Below, piece by piece: positions 58,298 to 64,000 of a stretch of 64,000 nucleotides of DNA. The stretch covers positions 416,001 to 480,000 of the forward strand of contig OY970173.1 in NCBI GenBank assembly GCA_963707635.1. The letters run 5' to 3'. Every line of letters begins with the position of its first letter. Within the stretch, counting starts at the first letter, position 1. The notes beneath the pieces are model-generated. The model worked only from the letters and a program-made list of their open reading frames with translations. It searched no databases and had not been told where the DNA came from. The position numbers were made by a program, and so were the translations under genes. The stretch comes from Candidatus Latescibacterota bacterium (GTDB taxonomy: Bacteria > Krumholzibacteriota > Krumholzibacteriia > WVZY01 > JAKEHA01).

Positions 58298-59278
58298 ATG
58301 TGGAAGCCCATCCGGCAGTTCATCGAGCGGCACGACGCATTCCTCATCACCTCGCACATCAATCCCGACGGTGACGCGATCGGGTCGGAAATCGCGCTGG
58401 CGCTGTTCCTGCGCCAGATCGGCAAGCGAGCCCTCATCGTCAACTCGACCGACATGCCGGACGCGCTGCGCTTTCTCGACCCCGAGAACGAGATTCGCGT
58501 CTACAGCGACCGGGGCTCCCGCGAGCTGATCGAGGGCGTCGACGCCGCCATCATCGTCGACGTGAACAACTGGGAGCACCTCGGCCACATTGGCGAGGCA
58601 CTGCAGAATCGGTCTCTCCCGCGCGCGTGCATCGATCACCACCAGGACACGGCGCCCGGGTTCGCGGACTACACCGTCAGCGACACCAGCGCGGCCGCGG
58701 TGGGGCTCTTGATCCTCGAACTCGTGCGCGCGATGGACGGACGCCTGACGCGGCCGATCGCGGAGGCGATGTATGCCGCCATCATCACCGACACCGGGAC
58801 GTTTCGCTTTTCGAATACGGATGCGCGCGTGCTCCGCGCGTCCGCGGATCTGTGCGACGCGGGCGTCAACGCCTTCGAGATGCACCGCCGGGTGTTCGGG
58901 AGCAAGAGCTGGGGCGCGGGCCGGCTGCTCGGCCCGGTGTTGAGCACGCTCGACTCGGCCGCGGGCGGAAAGCTCGCTGTCATGTCGGCGACGCTCGAGA
59001 TGGTGAACAACGCCGGCGCGAACTACGACGACATGGACGGTTTCGTCGACCTCGTGCGCGCGATCAAGGGCGTAGAGCTGGTCGTCTTCTTCAAGGAAAC
59101 GGTGGAAGGCGACGTCAAGGTGTCGCTGCGCTCCAACGGCAACGTGGACGCGCACGCGATCGCCAAGCACTTCGGGGGCGGCGGGCACACGATGGCGTCG
59201 GGGATGCGGGTGCCCGGGCCGATGGCGAGCGCGATCGAGCGGGTCACGAGAGAGTGTGTGCGGCTCGCGGGGTTCTAG
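58298..59278 (+). CDS. nrnA: DHH-family phosphoesterase (NrnA nanoRNase/pAp phosphatase)
   Basis: HINPDGDAIGS, IDHH, TDTGTFRF, SLRS and FGGGGH. Confidence 0.9.
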   Translation: MWKPIRQFIERHDAFLITSHINPDGDAIGSEIALALFLRQIGKRALIVNSTDMPDALRFLDPENEIRVYSDRGSRELIEGVDAAIIVDVNNWEHLGHIGEALQNRSLPRACIDHHQDTAPGFADYTVSDTSAAAVGLLILELVRAMDGRLTRPIAEAMYAAIITDTGTFRFSNTDARVLRASADLCDAGVNAFEMHRRVFGSKSWGAGRLLGPVLSTLDSAAGGKLAVMSATLEMVNNAGANYDDMDGFVDLVRAIKGVELVVFFKETVEGDVKVSLRSNGNVDAHAIAKHFGGGGHTMASGMRVPGPMASAIERVTRECVRLAGF

Positions 59279-59281
59279 GGG

Positions 59282-61315
59282 TCACTCCACGGTCAGTTCC
59301 CACACCGCGATCTCATCGGTCGCGAACTTCCTTTGAAACACGTCTGCGTGGTCGTCGAACCGCACGGGCACGGTGGTGCGATCGTCCCCGTGCATCCGCC
59401 CGTGTATCCGAAAGACGACGAACACGCGGCGCTGGAGCGAGCGTAGCCGCGCGAGGTCGTCCGCCGACGGGCCGGCCGGGGAGAACACGGTGTCGCGGAG
59501 CCGCTTCCGCGCGCTCATCTCGTCTGCCGGGTAGCCCCAGTTGCGCGCGTAGGTGTCGTTCCCCCAGTAGAGGTCGCGCGAGGCCAGCACGGGGACGCGC
59601 ACGATATCGTCCGCCTCCAGAAAGACCGCGTCGCGAGGCGCGGTCGTCCGAATCCACGCGTACGCCGCCCGCTCTCCCTCGGAAACGACGGCCGTGGACG
59701 CGTCCCGCACCGCGTGGTGGTAGTAGAGTAGGTGGAGCGGCAGCGATGCGCTCGCGACCACGGCCAGCGCGGCGCGACGAGCGCCCGCGTGGTTCCACAG
59801 CCGCTCGAACGCCCCTACCGCCAGCGCGGCCAGCGGGAGTTGGAGGAGAAAGGCGAACTTGGTCTCGTTGTTGGTTGTGAGATCGACGGTGAGCGCTCCG
59901 ATCAACACCCACAGCGTCCACAGCGCGAGCATGCCCGTCGCGCTCACGCTCAGCTCGGCAAAGGCGCGCGCTCCGATGATCTCCGGCGTGTCGCGATGTT
60001 CGCTGGACCGACGGAAGAAGACGAGCGCGAGCACGAGTGCGGGGAGGATGTCGGCCAGGAGCCCGAGCGCGTAGGCCGGCTGGAACGCGAGGCCCACCCC
60101 CGGTCCGCCGCCGCCGCTCTGAGCGGCCACCGATCGGAGGTACGGAATCGTTACCGCCACACCGAGCACGATCCAGCCAAGCAGGCGCACGTACGCGGGC
60201 CCGCCGCGCGACGGTTGCGCGCGGATCCACAGCAGGAGTGCCAGCACCAGCGCAGTGGCGAGCGCGAGTGTCACCCCGGTAACGACGTGCATCGCCAGCG
60301 TTCCCGCGATGCAAAGCACAAACGCCACGTCGTGTCGGCTGCTCCACGCGCCCCGCCGGGCGCTCAGCAAGAGGTACAGCAACGACGCCGCCAGCCCGAG
60401 CGTGAGCGAGAAGGCGGTTCCGACCATGAACTTGTCGAGGAACATGAACTGATTGCCCTCGACCGAGACGAGGTTGAAGGCGGTGGCGTGACCGGCCGGC
60501 GTCCACGGGAAGAATTGGCGGAGCAACTCGAGGCCGTGCGACCGGCCGGCGAGCGCGCGCGCGAGCCGCAGCGGATAGAAGAGATAGAACCAGCCGTTCA
60601 TCGCGAACAGCCACACGCACAGCCCGAGCACACGCGGGCCCGCGCGGCGGGAAAACAGCCCCGACAGGGCGTGAAACGCCAGCGCGCACGAGGTGAGTGC
60701 GATCGCATTCACCAGGATCATGGCGCGGAAGAAGTCGATGCCGGTCAGGGACGCGCACGCGGAGAGGATCGCGTGATAGCAGTACGGGTACTGAAGACGC
60801 AAGCCCGCGAAGTACGGATCCGTCAGGGGCAGGCCGTCGCGGGTGAGCTTGTCCGCCACCGCGGCGTGGAACCAGCTGTCCTCGCGCCAGCGCCACCAGG
60901 TGTCGGTCAGAGGGAGTGCGAACGCCATCACCGCGGCGGCCGCGATCGCCAGCCCCACCAGCGCGCCGGTCCGATGACCGGTGGAGACTGTCTCCCCCGG
61001 CGCCGATGACCGGCCCCACGCGACGAACAGCGCGAGCCCGGCCGCCACGCCGATCCACGCCGCCACGTTCACGTGCAGACCCGCGAACAGCGCGAGCAAC
61101 GTGAACGCCGCGAACATGACGGGAGACAACGCCGTGCCGACCCCGAGCGCCGCGTCGCGCGAACTCCGGGGTGCGACCGCGAGGCCGGGCAGGACGCCGA
61201 TCGCCAGGAACGCCGCCGCGACGCGCGCCGCCGTCGACGGGACTGCGAGCAGGCCCACGACAGCTGCCGCCGTCACGATCCGATGCGATACGCGATCGAA
61301 GACGACGGCTCTCAT
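59282..61315 (-). CDS. Large polytopic membrane protein, possible GT-C-like glycan-modifying enzyme
   Basis: Many TM segments; EDSWFH, P.TDPYFAG..L.YPY.YH; C-terminal soluble AYAWIRTTAPRDAVFL domain. Confidence 0.55.
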   Translation of the reverse strand: MRAVVFDRVSHRIVTAAAVVGLLAVPSTAARVAAAFLAIGVLPGLAVAPRSSRDAALGVGTALSPVMFAAFTLLALFAGLHVNVAAWIGVAAGLALFVAWGRSSAPGETVSTGHRTGALVGLAIAAAAVMAFALPLTDTWWRWREDSWFHAAVADKLTRDGLPLTDPYFAGLRLQYPYCYHAILSACASLTGIDFFRAMILVNAIALTSCALAFHALSGLFSRRAGPRVLGLCVWLFAMNGWFYLFYPLRLARALAGRSHGLELLRQFFPWTPAGHATAFNLVSVEGNQFMFLDKFMVGTAFSLTLGLAASLLYLLLSARRGAWSSRHDVAFVLCIAGTLAMHVVTGVTLALATALVLALLLWIRAQPSRGGPAYVRLLGWIVLGVAVTIPYLRSVAAQSGGGGPGVGLAFQPAYALGLLADILPALVLALVFFRRSSEHRDTPEIIGARAFAELSVSATGMLALWTLWVLIGALTVDLTTNNETKFAFLLQLPLAALAVGAFERLWNHAGARRAALAVVASASLPLHLLYYHHAVRDASTAVVSEGERAAYAWIRTTAPRDAVFLEADDIVRVPVLASRDLYWGNDTYARNWGYPADEMSARKRLRDTVFSPAGPSADDLARLRSLQRRVFVVFRIHGRMHGDDRTTVPVRFDDHADVFQRKFATDEIAVWELTVE

Positions 61316-61334
61316 GGAGCGACGGACGAGTGTC

Positions 61335-61973
61335 TTATCCGACGGCAGCCGGGACGGTGCGGGGCTTCAGGATTCGGTAGATGTACGCGAGCGCGAGTCC
61401 GCTGATCGGCGCGGTCACCAGCAGCCCGACGCCGAGGCAGAGCGCGCCCAGGAAATTGAGGCCGCAGAGCAGAATAAAGAAGAGGAAGAGATCGAGCGTG
61501 TACCCGCGCGTCATGTCCCAGCTGCGCTGGAGGGCTTCGATCGGTCCGACGCGGTCGTCGACGATCGCGAAGCCGACGAACATGAGCCGGAGCATCATCA
61601 CGATCCCGGGCACGACCAGCAGGCACAACCCCAGCGTCACCGCGACGGTGAGAACGATCGAGGCGCCGATCCACACGTAGAAGCGTTGCGCGCCGTCCAT
61701 CAAGGACTCGAACACGGGCCGCTCTCCGTCGCGCAGGCGCAAATAGATCTTGAAGACGCCGAGCATCAGCGTGGCCGCTACGGCCGCGCCGATGATCCAC
61801 AGCGCAACGTGCTGCGCGTCGCTCTTCAGCACCAACCGGCTGGCGGCCTCGATGACCAGGGGAATGCCCCACGCGGCCAGGGTGACGCCGACGAGAAACC
61901 CGAAATGCTTCTGCAGGGTCGCCCACCCGAAGTGGACGGCGTCACCCAGCGGAAGGCCTTTGGTGTTCGGCAT
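61335..61973 (-). CDS. Conserved membrane protein (DUF975/YciC-like)
   Basis: LGLCLLVVPGI, GPIEALQRSWDMTRG and GVGLLVTAP. Confidence 0.7.
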   Translation of the reverse strand: MPNTKGLPLGDAVHFGWATLQKHFGFLVGVTLAAWGIPLVIEAASRLVLKSDAQHVALWIIGAAVAATLMLGVFKIYLRLRDGERPVFESLMDGAQRFYVWIGASIVLTVAVTLGLCLLVVPGIVMMLRLMFVGFAIVDDRVGPIEALQRSWDMTRGYTLDLFLFFILLCGLNFLGALCLGVGLLVTAPISGLALAYIYRILKPRTVPAAVG

Positions 61974-62078
61974 GGCCCTACCTTACACCCATCGGGGCGG
62001 ACTTGTCAGCCGTGACTCCATGCGCCATGATGGAGTGTCCGCCTGTCCAGCACCCCGAATCCCCGAGGTCGGCCTGTA

Positions 62079-62804
62079 ATGATTGAACCTGCTTCCCGAC
62101 TGCTGCTGTTGAGTAACTCGCGCAACGTGGGCGGGGGCTACCTGGACCACGCGGAAGGCTGGATCCGGGCGGCTCTCCAGGGCATCACCCGGGCCGTCTT
62201 CGTCCCCTACGCCGGGGTGACCCTCGCCTGGGACGAGTACGCGGGCACGGTGACGAACCGGTTCGCAGCGTTCGGAGTGAGCGTGACATCGGTGCACACG
62301 TCCAAGCACCCGGTGCGGGAAGTCGAGGGCGCGGCGGCCGTGATCGTCGGGGGTGGAAATACGTTTCATCTGCTCAAACACCTGTACGAAACCGGCACGC
62401 TCTGGGCAATTCGGGCGCGGGTGCGCGCGGGGGCACCGTACGTAGGATGGAGCGCGGGGTCGAACGTCGCGTGTCCGACGATCCGGACCACCAACGACAT
62501 GCCGATCGTGGAACCGGCCCGTCTCGACGCGATGCGCCTGGTTCCCTTTCAGATCAACCCGCACTACACCGACGCCGTGCTCCCCAACCACGGCGGCGAG
62601 ACCCGCGCGCAACGCATTGCGGAGTTCATCGCGGCCAACCCGACGATGACCGTGGTGGGATTGCCGGAAGGAAGCGCGATCGATGTCGCCGCCGGCGCGG
62701 CGACGCTCCTCGGTGCGCACTCGGCGAGAATATTCCGAAGCGGCCGGGAACCGTTCGATGTGAATCCAGGTTCGATGAGTGAGGCATGGGAGGCGCAATC
62801 ATGA
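62079..62804 (+). CDS. pepE: Dipeptidase E (peptidase S51)
   Basis: [50 protein letters not shown] and GETR. Confidence 0.95.
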   Translation: MIEPASRLLLLSNSRNVGGGYLDHAEGWIRAALQGITRAVFVPYAGVTLAWDEYAGTVTNRFAAFGVSVTSVHTSKHPVREVEGAAAVIVGGGNTFHLLKHLYETGTLWAIRARVRAGAPYVGWSAGSNVACPTIRTTNDMPIVEPARLDAMRLVPFQINPHYTDAVLPNHGGETRAQRIAEFIAANPTMTVVGLPEGSAIDVAAGAATLLGAHSARIFRSGREPFDVNPGSMSEAWEAQS

Positions 62805-64000
62805 AATGGATCGTGGCAGCAGTCATGGCGACCATCGCGACCGCGAGTAATGCCGGGCGACCGTACGTCCCTGCGCAGACGGTCACAAGCACGAACGCGC
62901 GCGCATCGTTGGTGGAGTTGTTCACATCGGAAGGCTGTTCGAGCTGCCCACCGGCGGAGACCTGGTTGAGCGACCTCGCGACGAGCGAGCGCCTGTGGAA
63001 GGACGTCGTGCCGGTCGCGTTTCACGTCGACTACTGGGATTACCTGGGGTGGGTTGACATCTTCGCACGGCCCGCGTTCAGCGAGCGCCAGCGCGACTAT
63101 GCGGAAGCCTGGAAGGCGGACCGCGTGTACACGCCGGGTTTCGTCGTGAACGGCGTGGAATGGAACGGCTGGCGCGACCGGCGACCGTTGCCGACACCGA
63201 GCGGTAGCGGCGCGATACTGACTTTGGATCTGACGCAGGAGAGTGCCAGGGTGCGGTTCGAACCGGCGCAGAAGCCACACGGCGAGCTCACCGCGCACGT
63301 GACGCTGCTGGGGATGGGCCTCGCGCGGAAGGTTCTCGCGGGGGAGAACAAGGGCAAGACCCTCACCCATGACTTTGTCGTGCTCGACTATCAGCGCGTG
63401 CGGCTCGTCCCCAACGGGGATGCGTTTGGGGGCAAAGGACGATGGAGCTACGCGAAAAACCCCGCACCCGCCGCCTACGCGGTGGCCGTATGGGTCACAG
63501 ATGGCGAGAGCAGTGAACCGATTCAGGCGGCCGGCGCGGCGCTGAACGATGCGAGCCTGCAAGCGCTTCAGTTTTCGCAGAACGGAGGAGAATCCATGAA
63601 CAAGATCAACAAGACGGAAGCCGAGTGGCGGGAGGTTCTCACCCCGGAGGAGTTTCGGGTGGCGCGCGAGAAAGGCACCGAACCGGCGTTCACGGGCCGT
63701 TACTGGAATAACCACGATGCGGGCGTCTATGTGTGCGTGGCGTGCGGACAACCGTTGTTTTCGTCCGATACTAAGTTCGAATCCGGCACCGGCTGGCCGA
63801 GCTTTTTCCGACCGGTCGATGAACGCAACGTGGCGCGAGAAGGCGACGAGAGCCTGGGCATGGACCGCACGGAAGTCATGTGCAGCCGGTGCGATTCGCA
63901 CCTCGGCCACGTCTTCGACGACGGTCCGAAGCCGACGGGTCTCCGCTACTGCATCAACTCGGCCGCGCTCAAGTTCGCGCCCAAGGACCCACAGGCCGAA
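62801..64000 (+). CDS. msrB: Signal peptide + thioredoxin-like DUF1223 domain fused in frame to MsrB (runs off the window)
   Basis: Manual translation gives 400 codons with no stop. Motifs: [39 protein letters not shown], then [32 protein letters not shown] and RYCINS. Not in the ORF track. Confidence 0.88.
   Translation, partial: MKWIVAAVMATIATASNAGRPYVPAQTVTSTNARASLVELFTSEGCSSCPPAETWLSDLATSERLWKDVVPVAFHVDYWDYLGWVDIFARPAFSERQRDYAEAWKADRVYTPGFVVNGVEWNGWRDRRPLPTPSGSGAILTLDLTQESARVRFEPAQKPHGELTAHVTLLGMGLARKVLAGENKGKTLTHDFVVLDYQRVRLVPNGDAFGGKGRWSYAKNPAPAAYAVAVWVTDGESSEPIQAAGAALNDASLQALQFSQNGGESMNKINKTEAEWREVLTPEEFRVAREKGTEPAFTGRYWNNHDAGVYVCVACGQPLFSSDTKFESGTGWPSFFRPVDERNVAREGDESLGMDRTEVMCSRCDSHLGHVFDDGPKPTGLRYCINSAALKFAPKDPQAE

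Noticed and set aside
63596..64000. MsrB and the CMD/AhpD-like protein (57941-58294) as possible selenoproteins
   Set aside because: Both have ordinary Cys codons at the redox positions (RYCINS, CDDC) and no in-frame TGA.

Overview
High-GC bacterial chromosome segment spanning the replication origin. It is probably from a diderm lineage such as Krumholzibacteriota, Latescibacterota or Eisenbacteria; this is inferred from a TonB-dependent receptor, many lipoproteins and an FlgD-Ig/T9SS-like C-terminal domain. The core is the classic origin block. On the minus strand: rpmH-rnpA-yidD-yidC-jag...mnmE-mnmG-rsmG...parA-parB-M23-bactofilin. On the plus strand: dnaA-dnaN-recF-dciA-gyrB...gyrA-rex. 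DnaA boxes lie on both sides of dnaA, a DnaA-trio/AT-rich unwinding element lies between dnaA and dnaN, and there are two parS-like palindromes. The most notable signals are missed or split by the ORF track. (1) A probable selenocysteine-containing lipoprotein with three YHS/TRASH-like repeats (GFC-U-SPC, 20384-21016, minus). (2) A SelW/Rdx-family selenoprotein (CIPU, 15216-15437, minus). Both have a SECIS-like hairpin starting exactly 14 nt after the UGA. (3) An in-frame fusion of a secreted thioredoxin-like DUF1223 domain to MsrB, with a strong internal ribosome-binding site. (4) hflX apparently starting at CTG beneath an overlapping ATC-initiated uORF. (5) A large nested RNA structure upstream of a DUF805 gene. 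(6) An MqnA-like protein with degenerate active-site motifs. I recognised no rRNA, tRNA, CRISPR array or transposase. All family calls come from motif recognition by eye; no searches were run.
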